Part shown: one piece after another, positions 1-10,850 of the stretch
How positions within the stretch are numbered: position 1 is the first letter of the stretch
Layout: the number at the start of each line of letters is the position of its first letter
Source: Octopus sinensis
Taxonomy: Eukaryota
Assembly (NCBI RefSeq): GCF_006345805.1
Contig: NW_021835719.1
Coordinates: 1-39,022 of the forward strand
Direction of reading: 5' to 3'
Length of the DNA: 39,022 nucleotides
Position numbers and translations under genes: made by a program
The notes under the pieces: generated by a model
Seen by the model: the letters and a program-made list of their open reading frames with translations, nothing else
Told to the model about the DNA's origin: nothing
The model's database searches: none

Positions 1-565
1 TATATGTACAGTAGACATGACGACAGTCTATCACTATGTGTATGTGTGTATGTATTTATTAGTGTGTGTGGTGTGTGTGTGCGTGTTGTAAAACTGACAG
101 TAGTGTATTGGTATTATGTGTGTTTGAGTGCATATATATATATATATAATATATATATATATCTGTCTGTATGTGTGTGTATATATATGTGTGTGAGTAT
201 ATATATATATATCTGTCTGTATGTGTGTGTATATATGGTGTGGTGAGTATATATATATATATAATCTGTCTTGTATTGTGTGTATATATGTGTGTGAGTA
301 TATATATATATATCTGTCTGTATGTGTGTGTATATGTGTGGGAGTATATATATATATATATCTGTCTGTATGTGTGTGTATATATGTGTGTGAGTATATA
401 TATATATATATGTACACATGTGTCTGTATTTATGTATATATGTGTGTGAGCGTACGTTATATATATATATATATATATATATGTGTGGATGTGTATATAT
501 ATATATATGTCTGTATGCATATGTGTGCATTTATGTGTGTGTATGTGTGTATATATGTGTGTGAG

Positions 566-596
<31 letters not shown>

Positions 597-848
597 GTGT
601 CTGTATTTGTGTATATATGTGTGTGTGAGCGTATGTATATATATATATATATATGTATGTGTGTATATGTGTATATATATATGTGTGTGTGTCTGTATGT
701 GTATGTGTGCATTTGTGTGTGTATGTGTGTATATATGTATATGAGTATATGTACAAGTATGCATGTATATGTGTGGGTACTGTGTGAGTGTATGTGTGTA
801 TGTAATATATGTGGGGGTGATATATATGTATGTATATGAGTGTGGTGG

Positions 849-915
<67 letters not shown>

Positions 916-960
916 ATGTGTGTGTGTGTGTGTGGGGTGTGTGGGTGTGTGTGTGTGTGT
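1..960. repeat. Compound (TA)n/(TG)n microsatellite with local higher-order duplications
   Basis: Dinucleotide runs throughout. The motif GTGAGT(AT)nCTGTCTGTATGTGTGTG recurs at 160-400, and TGTACACATGTGTCTGTATTT occurs near 411 and 587. Confidence 0.9.
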
Positions 961-1180
961 GTTTAGACCATCCAGTATTAGTTTTAAGGTTAAATATGTG
1001 TGGTTACTGCCCCGACTTTCATTTTAGGTTAACAACTGTTCTTGTTGTTGTTCTTTTTCTTTGTTATTATTATTTTAATTGCTGTTTAACTCGTCCCTGA
1101 CTCACTCCCACTCCCCACCACCATCACCTCATCACCACCGCCACCACCATCCTCATCACCACCACCACCACCATGGGGTC

Positions 1181-1385
1181 ATTCAGAGTTTACAGACGCA
1201 GGTCTTCTGAAGCCGGATGCCCTTCCAGTCACCAACTCACACCTGTTTTCCAAGGGAGGGGTAATATTTCCTCCACGACCAGACATGTTTTTGTGGAAGA
1301 CTGGAAACGAACGAAACCGCCTGTATGACGGTGACGCTCGTTTACAGCTATTACATGACATCGAGACTAGGAGACACCACAAGCA
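1181..1385 (-). mobile_element. Fragment of a dispersed retroposon related to the RTE-type 3' tails
   Basis: Minus strand contains GGAAGGGCATCCGGC, matching the GGAAGGGCATCCAGC motif of the RTE tails in this window. Family assignment is inference. Confidence 0.45.
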
Positions 1386-1396
1386 TTCACAAGTCT

Positions 1397-1444
1397 ATAT
1401 ACATACACATTCATACACATACACTCACACACACACATATATAT

Positions 1445-1475
<31 letters not shown>

Positions 1476-1743
1476 CATATATACATACATATATATATAT
1501 ACATATATATATATACATACATATATACATACATATATACATACATATATACATACATATATACCTATATATATATATATATATATACATATATACATAC
1601 ATATATACATACATACATATACATACATATATATATATGTATGCATGTATATATACACATATATATATATGTGAATACATAGATATATAAAAATGCATAT
1701 AATTATATGCATGTATAATATATACACACACACACACATCAAC

Positions 1744-1775
<32 letters not shown>

Positions 1776-1782
1776 GTGTGTG

Positions 1783-1826
<44 letters not shown>
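1397..1826. repeat. (TA)n/(CA)n/(TACA)n microsatellite tract
   Basis: Directly visible simple repeats. Confidence 0.9.
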
Positions 1827-1827
<1 letters not shown>

Positions 1828-2178
1828 CGTGACGTATTTTTGCCATTTCAATATGGCTACCCCTAAGGGTGGATGCTACTGTAGTTTTTAGCCCCAGGAG
1901 GACACACTCCTCCAGCTGGCCATAGACACACTTCTGTGTCCTGTCAGTATTTGCAAAGGGAAGTCATCCTTCCCCGTCTTCAACTTATGATACACAAGGA
2001 CTCGAGTTTCGAGGTATTGACCTCTCGTCAAGCGTGTGACAATCATAGTTGTCGCCGAGAATTAGATTTCCTTCACAAATACTATACTTTTTCCAGCGTC
2101 CACTGTCGCTGATGTTGAAAAAGTGAAATCAAACAATGATAAATATCAATGTGATATATATATTATATATATATATAT

Positions 2179-2209
<31 letters not shown>

Positions 2210-2655
2210 ATACATTTATGTATATAGACGTGTGTGTGGATATATATGTATGTGTATATATATATATATATACATATATGTATGTACATGTATATATATA
2301 TATATATCCATATGTATACATACTGTGACCAACTTATACAATATACACATTATACACAACATCATGCACAAAAACATCAACTTAAACACAACAAAAACGC
2401 GCCCCCCCCCCCCCCGCTCCAGCATAGAACAGTTTCTGTGAAGCTTCCAGAATCTTCTGTTAATGACCACTAAATCATATTGTTTATATACAAAACCTTG
2501 TTTGTTGACATTTCCCCATTCCCCTCCCTTTCGCCCTACCCCTCTCTCTCCCATCTTTTGTTTATGTATGTGTGTATAAATTTTCTGTGTCTACATATGA
2601 ATGGATGTAGACATGTATATATATATATATACATGTATATATATATATATATATA

Positions 2656-3126
2656 GGCGTAGGAGTGGCTGCGTGGTAAGTAGCTTGCTAACCAACCACA
2701 TGGTCCAGGGTTCAGTCCCCACTGCATGGCAACCTTGGGCAAGTGTCTTCTACTATAGCCTCGGGCCGAGCAACGCCTTGTGAGTGGATTTGGTAGACGG
2801 AACCTGAAAGAAGCCCGTCGTATATTATATATATATAATATATATATACAAAATTAGAGAATGGAGAGACATACTACCATATATTATATATATATGTGTG
2901 TGTGTGTGTGGTGTATATGTGTTTGTGTGTCTGTGTTTATCCCCCTTAGCATTGCTTGACAACCGATGCTGGTGTGTTTATGTCCCCGTAACTTAGCAGT
3001 TCGGCAAAAGAGACCGATAGAATAAGTACTGGGCTTACAAAAGAATAAGTCCCGGGGTCGAGTTGCTCGATTAAAGGCGGTGCTCCAGCATGGCCACAGT
3101 CAATGACTGAAACAAGTAAAAGAGTA
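2656..3126 (+). mobile_element. tRNA-headed SINE family A, full length, with internal microsatellite
   Basis: A-box-like TGGCTGCGTGG and B-box-like GGTTCAGTCCC, followed by (TA)n/(TG)n and a 3' half ending GACTGAAACAAGTAAAAGAGTA. Homologous copies at 28831-29190, 36972-37332 and 37456-37869. Confidence 0.9.
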
Positions 3127-3194
3127 TATATATATATATATATAATATATATATATGTATATATAGATATATAATATTATATATTATATATATA

Positions 3195-3242
<48 letters not shown>

Positions 3243-3280
3243 GAGAGAGAGGAGAGAGAAAGGCATACACACACATATAG

Positions 3281-3313
<33 letters not shown>

Positions 3314-3822
3314 TAGTTTGTAGTGATTTAGATTAAAACCTATTCATTCCATCTTCTCGTAATTCTTTTGTATGAATTCTGAAGATATTAATGGATTTCC
3401 TCACACATAACCAGTGAAACTAGAATACCTACTGCATGATAACATATGGTAACCGATCCCTGCAGAAGAGCTTTGCCAAGCATGCTACAAGGTCATTATT
3501 ACCCATATGAATATAAATACATATATTTATTTATAGATTCATTTAATTTTTGGCGTCTCCTCCCTTTGCTTTCCTCTCCTCTTCCATCCACGAAATCTTA
3601 ATTCTCCAAGCGATACGACAAATACAAATTCTACAAGACAGAGCTCCAGCATGGCCAAAATAAGTAGCAGAAAAAAATACACACACACACACACATACAC
3701 ACAAACACAGACACACACACACACAAACACACATGCACACACACTTACACTCACATACATACACAAACACATACACTCACAAATACACACACACACACAC
3801 ACAATATAAAATTAGACACATA

Positions 3823-3948
3823 GGCACAGGAGTGGCTGTGTGGTAAGTAGCTTGCTTACCAACCACATGGTTCCGGGTTCAGTCCCATTGCGTGGCATCT
3901 TGGGCAAGTGTCTTCTGCTATAGCCCCGGGCCGACCGGGCCGACCAAT
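3823..3948 (+). mobile_element. SINE family A, 5' part only
   Basis: Matches the head of 2656-3126 and ends after a 9-bp GGGCCGACC duplication. Confidence 0.85.
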
Positions 3949-4283
3949 TTGTCTCTGGATTCTTAAAAGTCACCAGCAACAGACAGACAGAGAGCAGACA
4001 TCACTGGAATGTTCTTTAATTCCAACACGGTTCTCCTTTGATAGAATCCGGTGAGAAATCCTTTTCTATCTTCCATGTTTTAGACTAATGCTTTCACACA
4101 GACACACCATGCTTTCATTCCGCTCGCGACTTCTTTACCGTTCCCAAAGACAGTCTTTTAAGAAATTCCGTTTGAAGGACACCTACCGTTTCTCTGTCAC
4201 TCGAAGGATTTCGTTTGTCTGCAAATAAATGATGGACAACCAGATGACACACAGACAAGGCTATAACTTTTGGTAATCTTCTG

Positions 4284-4315
<32 letters not shown>

Positions 4316-4341
4316 GCATATGTATGTAGTTTTGTATCATG

Positions 4342-4375
<34 letters not shown>

Positions 4376-4442
4376 GTGTATGCATGAAATTTTGTATGTG
4401 TGTATATATATATATATATATGTGTGTATGAATATATAAGCA

Positions 4443-4826
4443 TACTAGCAGTATCGCCCGGCGTTGCTCAGGTTTGTAAGGGAAATAACTATAAAGCATT
4501 TTTAGAGAGTTATAGCCAAAAAATAGCAAAAAAATGGAAAAAAAATGATGGTAAATTTTTTTTGTGAGAGTTAAAAAAGGTGGAGTTGCGTCCCCTAACG
4601 GTCTGGGTTTCTGATTCTCGACCCCATGTCGAATTTAATCGATTTTTTCAGAACTGGGGGAACTTTTCAAAATTTTCGCTGCGTTAGTTTTGAATTATGA
4701 CATTGGGCTATGTGGTGTGTCAAGTTTCATCAGAATCGGTTGAAAGCCGTAGTCAGAGTGAGGGTACGAGAAAACAGACACACAGAAACACGCACAGACA
4801 AACTGCCGTTTAATATAGAGAGAGAT
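4443..4826 (+). mobile_element. Non-autonomous Helitron-like element (Lep1/HINE-type ends)
   Basis: 5' TACTAGCAGTATCGCCCGGCGTTGC and 3' AAGTTTCATCAGAATCGGTT...CAGACA...TAATATAGAGAGAGAT resemble, from memory, the ends of non-autonomous Helitron-like elements. No TSD; inserted at an A|T-type site. Confidence 0.5.
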
Positions 4827-5487
4827 GAATGTATGTCTAATTTTATATTGTGTGTGTGTATAGATATATATATGCTTGTATATATATGCATATGTATGTA
4901 GTTTGGTATTATGTATATATATATATATATAATATATATACAATATATATACATATATATATACATATATATATACATATATATATACAATATATATATA
5001 TTATATATATATATATATATATAACATATATATACATATTATATATATACTATATATATATATAATATATATACATATATATATATATACATATTATATA
5101 CATATATAATATATATATATAATATATTATATATATATATATGCGTATGCATGTAATTTTGTATGTGTAATATATATATTTGTGTGTATGAATATATATG
5201 CATGTGAGTGTATGTGTCTAATTTTATATTGTGTATGTATATATATATATATATATGTGTGTGTGTGGGTGTATGTGTTTGTGTGTGTATGTGAGTGTAA
5301 GTGAGTGTCTTTGTGTGTGTGCCTGTGTTTATGTGTGTTTGTGTATATGTGTGTGTGTGCGTGTGTGTGTGTGTGCATGTGTCTTTTTTTCTGCTACTCA
5401 TTTTGGCCATGCTGGAGCACTGCCTTTAATCAAACGAATTAACCCCAGGACTTATTCCTATTAAGCCTGGGGGCGGGGGGGGGCTGG

Positions 5488-5702
5488 CATTTGTATGTGT
5501 CTCTGTTTGCCCCCCCACAAAAAAAAACAATGCTTGACAACCGGTGTTGGTGTGTTTCCATCCCTGTAACTTAGCTGTTTAGCAAAAGAACAAGTACTAG
5601 GCTTGCGAAAAATAAGTCCTGGGCTCGATTTGTTCAATTAAACTCCTCTGAGGCGATGCTCCAGCATGGCCGTGGTCCAATGACCTAAACCCAGTAAAAA
5701 GG
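5488..5702 (+). mobile_element. SINE family A, 3' half; an opposite-strand 3' fragment lies at 5405-5458
   Basis: TGCTTGACAACCGGTGTTGGTGTGTTT...GCTCCAGCATGGCC matches 2918-3126. Confidence 0.8.
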
Positions 5703-6157
5703 AAAGACATATGTAGTCATAAATGCACAACTGACTGCAGAGATCCGCACACTACTGCGACAGCAATCACCTAACGAAGTCAACTACTCCCTAATTAGGG
5801 TAATTAAACAGTACATTAATTATTCCTATATTCATTTCACTTCCCAAGCATTAATTATTGAAATACTGAATTCCTCTTCCCCTGGTTGTTGTTTTCAAAA
5901 AAAACAATTTCAAACTAATTTTATTCATTGCTCGTTAAGATGGCTATGACGGATAAATACAAGAAGCTTAATTGAGAGATTAAACTACGAGTAATTACCG
6001 CTACCAAGCAAAAAGCCAAGCATTAACAAATTACTAGGATTTTGCTTAAATTCTGTCCTCGGTGACAGAAATCTATCTCTAAAATTACGCACTGAAAATT
6101 TATTAGTCCAACCAGTTGCCCTAAATGCATTGCCTACTTAAAAATGAGTGCATCTAG

Positions 6158-6555
6158 GGCAGTTTTTTCTAGCGGTGTCATATGAAATTGTCACCCATAA
6201 TTATAACCCTAGTATCGATCTATTGCATTTCAATCTGTTTTAGGGTTAGGATTGTATATGGGGGGAAGGTATCTTTTTTTCTTCACAAATGTAAATAAAC
6301 CCAATCTGTTTCTTAAACGAGGGACATATTCGTACGGCACAGAATGTTTTGTACCTCAATGGACGTCATTGATTAGTTGAAATTGCAGAAATTGAAAAAA
6401 AACAACAACAAATATCTTACAAACTATAGAATTTTCTCAATAAAGCCAAGAGAAAAAGATGTTTCATAAACACATTCTACCAGTATACGAAGTTTAAAAG
6501 TGTTTAGTTACGTGGAAATTATTTTAAAAAGCTGCTGTTCAAACCAAAAAGATCC
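6158..6555 (+). mobile_element. Dispersed non-autonomous element family E, copy 1 (class uncertain)
   Basis: Colinear with 30702-31094 from GGCAGTTTTTTCTAGCGG to AAAGATCC, with an internal TTAGGGTTAGG. A partial 3' copy lies at ~6812-6887. Confidence 0.75.
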
Positions 6556-6577
6556 ATATATATATATATATATATAT

Positions 6578-6718
6578 CATCATCATCATCGTTTAACGTC
6601 CGTTCTCCATGCTAGCATGGGTTGGACGGTTCGACCGGGGTCTAGGAAGCCAGGAGGCTGCACCAGGCTCCAGTCTGATTGGCAGTGTTTCTACAGCTGG
6701 ATGTCCTTCCTAACGCCA
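6578..6718 (-). mobile_element. 5'-truncated RTE-type 3' tail with (GAT)n end
   Basis: Reverse complement of the end of the RTE copy at 10982-12073; (TA)n on both sides. Confidence 0.85.
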
Positions 6719-7284
6719 ATATATATATATACAAGGTTGGCCAAAAGTCACCCGACAGTAAAGAAAATTCCATAAACACTGTGTATTGACTCGAATGGGA
6801 AAATATGTCGCTCAGTATACAAAGTTTAAAAGTGCTTAGTTACCTAGAAATTATGTTAAAAACTGGTGTTCAAACCGCAAAGATCTCATCTAGGTTTTTG
6901 GAGGTGTTTATGAGGTGATATCCATATGTAGCCAGAAACGTTTCTGTGTGGGGCAAGGCCATTGAATTTCAGGCTTCTGCCACTAGAAGCCACTTGATGC
7001 GATACTCAGGCATCAGTCAGCCAACCGGCATCTTTGAGTGTCGTCCTATTACCTTGTGGTGCATCTTTGTTTTGCGGGGCTTCTCCCCTGTTCATCAAGT
7101 TTTGCAATGGCTGAAATGAAGGAGCAGCGTGTTTCCATCAAATTCTGTTTTCTGCTGGAGAAAATGGCAACCGAAACAGCTGTCATGCTCCAAACAGCTT
7201 ACAAGGACACTGCCATGATGCCATGAGCAAAACACAAGTTCCTGAGTGGATTTCATGCTTTTCGAACGGTCCCTTGTCACTTAA

Positions 7285-8268
7285 CCCCTTACCCAACAAT
7301 TATTTTGAAAATAAATGTATTTTTTCAGACATATTTTTTAATTGTTTTATTTTACTATGTTTTGAATGGTGATTTCGAGGTATATTTCAAACCTATTTAT
7401 TATGAATTTTAATTCAATAATGTGGAGGCGCAATGGCCCAGTGGTTAGGGCAGCGGACTCGCGGTCATAGGATCGCGGTTTCGATTCCCAGACCGGGCGT
7501 TGTGAGTGTTTATTGAGCGAAAACACCTAAAGCTCCACGAGGCTCCGGCAGGGGATTGTGGTGATCCCTGCTGTCTCTTTCACACACACAACTTTCTCTC
7601 ACTCTTACTTCCTGTTTCTGTTGTACCTGTATTTCAAGGGGCCGGCCTTGTCACTCTCTGTGTCACGCTGAATATCCCCGAGAACTACGTTAAGGGTACA
7701 CGTGTCTGTGGAGTGCTCAGCCACTTACACGTTAATTTCACGAGCAGGCTGTTACGTTGATTCGGATCAACTGGAACCCTCATCGTCGTAACCGACGGAG
7801 TGCTTCCAAATTCAATAATATTGATTTTAAATTACCGCTTTGGGCATATTACTTTTACAAAAAATCATCAGATGTATCCACCCTCCAAGAGAAGCTTCAT
7901 AATCGCTATCATCATCAGAGCTCGACATGGTGGGGTTATAATATAAAGGTATAAAAAAAAACAACGTAAAAACAAAGTGAATACTTCCATTCATAAAATG
8001 TGCCTTCCAACCCTTCGACTGTCTCCAGGTGACTAAATCATACTCGGTCTTCAATGCCTTACTCAAGCAAAAGGTGGCAGAAATCGCCACTGCCAGACGT
8101 ATAAAGTGAGCGAATATACTAGTATATGTCAAAAAAGAGTTTATAATAGACAAAGGAACTCGTTTGCTGTCAATTTTGGCGAGTCTATCTTTTGACGAGT
8201 TAACTCGCCAGAGATAGAAAAAAACGATTTCGGTCAAACGCATATATTCGTTTCTGCCGGGTAAGGGG
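7285..8268 (-). mobile_element. Non-autonomous piggyBac-type element
   Basis: TTAA at 7281-7284 and 8269-8272. Terminal inverted repeats CCCCTTACCC / GGGTAAGGGG (10 bp perfect, ~15 bp with transitions). Removing it rejoins the mariner coding sequence. Confidence 0.88.
7422..7808 (+). mobile_element. tRNA-headed SINE family B, full length, with 11-bp TSD
   Basis: A box TGGCCCAGTGG and B-box-like GGTTTCGATTCCC. TSD AATTCAATAAT at 7411-7421 and 7809-7819. Near-identical copy at 36533-36917. Confidence 0.92.
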
Positions 8269-8746
8269 TTAAGGACCAAACCTCATTCAGGGCAGCCATC
8301 GAGCTCCCTAATGAATGAAAACATCATGAAAATTCATGAACTGATTTTGGGAGACAGGTCACCGAACAATTGACCAAACTTGTTGATATGACGGGTGAGT
8401 CCTTGAGCTCCCGTCAACGGATCTTGAGCAAGGAATTGCAAATGAGAAGTGTTGCAGCCAAATTTATGCTTCACTTGCTCACAGAAGATCAAAAGCAGTC
8501 ATGGTTGAATGCATTTCGTGAACTGAAAGAGCAGCTGGAAGTCAATCGCTATCTTTTATCGAAGGTCACCAATAGTGACAAAAGCAGGTGCTACAGAATT
8601 TGCAGATGTGGAAGAGGTGAAGAAAAATATGATGGATTCTTCAAGAGGCATCACTTTGCCAGTGTTCCAGAACTGCTTTGAATAGAGGAAAACGCGTCTG
8701 GATTAATGCTTTGCTTCAAATGGGGATACTTTGAAGGTGATAAAAC

Positions 8747-8880
8747 AATAATAATAATAATAATTTATTCTTTTTATTGGCCACAAGGGCTGACACACAT
8801 GATTAGAAAACATAAAGGGACAAAACAGGACGAAAAGTTACAAAGGGTTTTGTCCGTTTGTGAAAAAAATTGTGTAAAAA
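8747..8880 (-). mobile_element. 3' end of a retroposon with an (ATT)n tail
   Basis: Minus strand ends AGCCCTTGTGGCCAATAAAAAGAATAA-(ATT)n, resembling the family C end AGCCCCTTGTGGGCAATAAAGAAAT. Confidence 0.5.
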
Positions 8881-8887
8881 CAGTTTA

Positions 8888-9508
8888 GTCCTGGCTAAGA
8901 AGGAATATATTCACAGACATGACAGAGTTGGAACCTACATACACTGGAAGCTATGCCAACATTATGGAATAACAACAGAAAAAAGATGGTTTAGGCACAC
9001 ACCAGAAAAGGTCACAGAAAATGAGAAAGCAACCATACTCTGGGATATGCCGATACACACAGATAGAGAAATTAAGGCCAACAGACCAGATATAGTTGTC
9101 AGAGATCATGAAGAAAAAAATGCTTTCTCTAATGATGTATCAATACCGGCTGATGACGACGTGTCTCTAAAAGAAATGGAGAAACTCTCAAAATACAAAG
9201 ACCTGGAAATAGAGGTAACTAGAATGTGGAATCTGAAAACAGAAACAATTCCTATCATAGTAGGTGCATTAAGTATAATAAAAAAAAACATTCAGACAAA
9301 TACATAACAAAAACACCAGGACTTACAAACACATATAACATACAGAACATTGCACTACTAGGCACTGCACACATCCTACGCAGAACACTTTCCATACAAT
9401 AACCATCAGAGCATCACAAACAAATCCAGCACATACCACAAACCCAAGGCACACAGAGCTGCGCTCGGTAGTGAAGTGAAAGTATGCTATAAAAATAAAA
9501 AACTACTG
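8888..9508 (+). mobile_element. 5'-truncated R4/Dong-clade non-LTR retrotransposon (restriction-like endonuclease domain plus 3' UTR)
   Basis: LAKKEYIHRHDRVG...ENEKATILWDMPIHTDREIKANRPDIVV...DVSIP...KEMEKLSKYKDLEIEVTRMW...IPIIVGAL, then after a frameshift IALLGTAHILRRTLSIQ-stop (9400-9402). This carries the RHD and PD-(D/E)xK hallmarks of RLE elements. Confidence 0.88.
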
Positions 9509-9516
9509 AATAATAC

Positions 9517-9558
<42 letters not shown>

Positions 9559-9574
9559 TAATAAAAATAATAAT
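9509..9574. repeat. (TAA)n microsatellite
   Basis: Directly visible. Confidence 0.95.
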
Positions 9575-9775
9575 CCTTTTTACAAGGCCTGAAAATTTGG
9601 GGGGAGGGGGAAGTCGATTAGATCGACCTCAGTACGCAACTGGTACTTAATTTATTGACCCCCGAAAGGATGAAAGGCAAAGCCAACCTTGGTGGAATTT
9701 GAACTCAGAACATGAAGACTGACGAATTGCTATTTAGCATTTTATTCGGCACAGCAATAATGTTGCCATCTCACT
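9575..9775 (-). mobile_element. tRNA-headed SINE family C, diverged
   Basis: Minus strand contains GAGTTCAAATTCC...GCCTTTCATCCTTTCGGGGTCAATAAATTAAGTACCAGTT, as in 29214-29398 and 34349-34573. Confidence 0.8.
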
Positions 9776-10094
9776 CTCTCTACGTAAGTTAAGGGTGGCC
9801 TCAAGACTGGAAGATGCTTCCTGGGGTACGTAAAAACACTGACATTTGAACGAGGAGAAGGAATTCTGTGATCTGATGAGAATAAAGCAGAAGATTCTTC
9901 AGTCTTTGACGCCTTTTCACCATTTTTGGTTTTCGTTTTAGATTTTTATTCCTGACAAAAGGAAAAAGGAATTAATTTGGCGAATGTCAGCTTTTGGAGG
10001 ATGAAGAACCGGGTTTGATGTGAGGACGGAGAAGGACTTTGATGACAAACACCATGACACTACTCCACCCCCAATATGCAGGGGGTGGGGTAAG

Positions 10095-10812
10095 TGTGTG
10101 TACATGTGTGTGTGTGTGTGTCTGTGTGTTAGCTCATGTGCATGTGTGTGGATGTGTACCAGTGTGTATGTGTGTATGTGTGTGTGTGCACGTGTGTATC
10201 TATGTGTGTGTGTGTGTAAAATAGTGCATGTGTGTGTATGTATGTGTGTCTGTCTGTTACTTTATGTGTGTTTGTGTGTGTGTTTATGTATGCATATGTG
10301 TGTGTATGTGTCAGCACATGTGTGTGGGTGTGTGCCAGTGTGTGTATGCATGTCAGTGCGTGTGGTGTGTGCATGTATGTGTCAGCACGTGTGTATGTAT
10401 GTGTGTGTGTAAAATAGTGGATGTGTGTGTCTGTGTGTTAGTTTGTGTGTTACTTTGTGTGTGTGTGTCAGCATGTATGTGTACGTGCGTGTGCTTGTGT
10501 GTTTGTATGTGTGTGTATGTGTAACATGTGTGTATGTGTGTGTGTGTGTATGCGTGCGTAAATGCATACATGTGTAAGCTTGTGAATATGAATCTGTGTG
10601 TGTGTGTTTATGTTTGTATGTGTGCATGTATAAAAGTTTGTATGTGTATGTGTATTGGTGTCTGTGGGTCTGCAAGTGTGTGACTATGTGTGTGTGTATG
10701 TGTATATTTATGTAAGACAATGTGTGTGTGTGTGTGTGTTCAGTATTGATATGTATATGTGAGTTTGTGGAGAAAGTAGGCGTTACAGTGTATGTGTGTG
10801 TGTGTATGCATA

Positions 10813-10850
<38 letters not shown>

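Larger units (their letters stand above)
3643..5418. repeat. Inverted duplication with arms at 3643-3822 and 5211-5418
   Basis: GCTCCAGCATGGCCAAAATAAGTAGCAGAAAAAA-(CA)n-CAATATAAAATTAGACACATA in the left arm matches the reverse complement of 5211-5418. Confidence 0.75.
7107..8743 (+). pseudogene. Mariner transposase remnants (7107-7284 and 8273-8743)
   Basis: Reads MAEMKEQRVSIKFCFLLEKMATETAVMLQTAYKD, then DMTGESLSSRQRILSKELQMRSVAAKFMLHLLTEDQKQSWLNAFRELKEQLEV...KVTNSDKSRCY (VITGDESWCY-like), then FADVEEVKK...FQNCFE...YFEGD-stop. Frameshifts and stops are present, and most of the catalytic core is missing. Confidence 0.88.
6911..8746 (+). mobile_element. Decayed mariner element, interrupted and internally deleted
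   Basis: TA followed by TIR-like TGAGGTGATATCCATATGTAGCCAG at 6911, with transposase remnants (next feature). The 3' TIR was not found. Confidence 0.85.

Noticed and set aside
3375-3430. CTGAAGA...GAAACTAGA as a hammerhead
   Set aside because: No stem II closing pair, U16.1 is missing and stem I does not pair.
6238-6252. TTAGGG as interstitial telomeric repeat
   Set aside because: Only 1-2 units, internal to dispersed family E in both copies.
7422-7500. tRNA genes at SINE heads (also 2656, 34349, 36533, 37456)
   Set aside because: A/B boxes are present, but there is no complete cloverleaf and they continue into SINE bodies with TSDs.
9884-9905. CTGATGA motifs at ~9886, ~11985 and ~31764
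   Set aside because: No correctly placed GAAA or stems.
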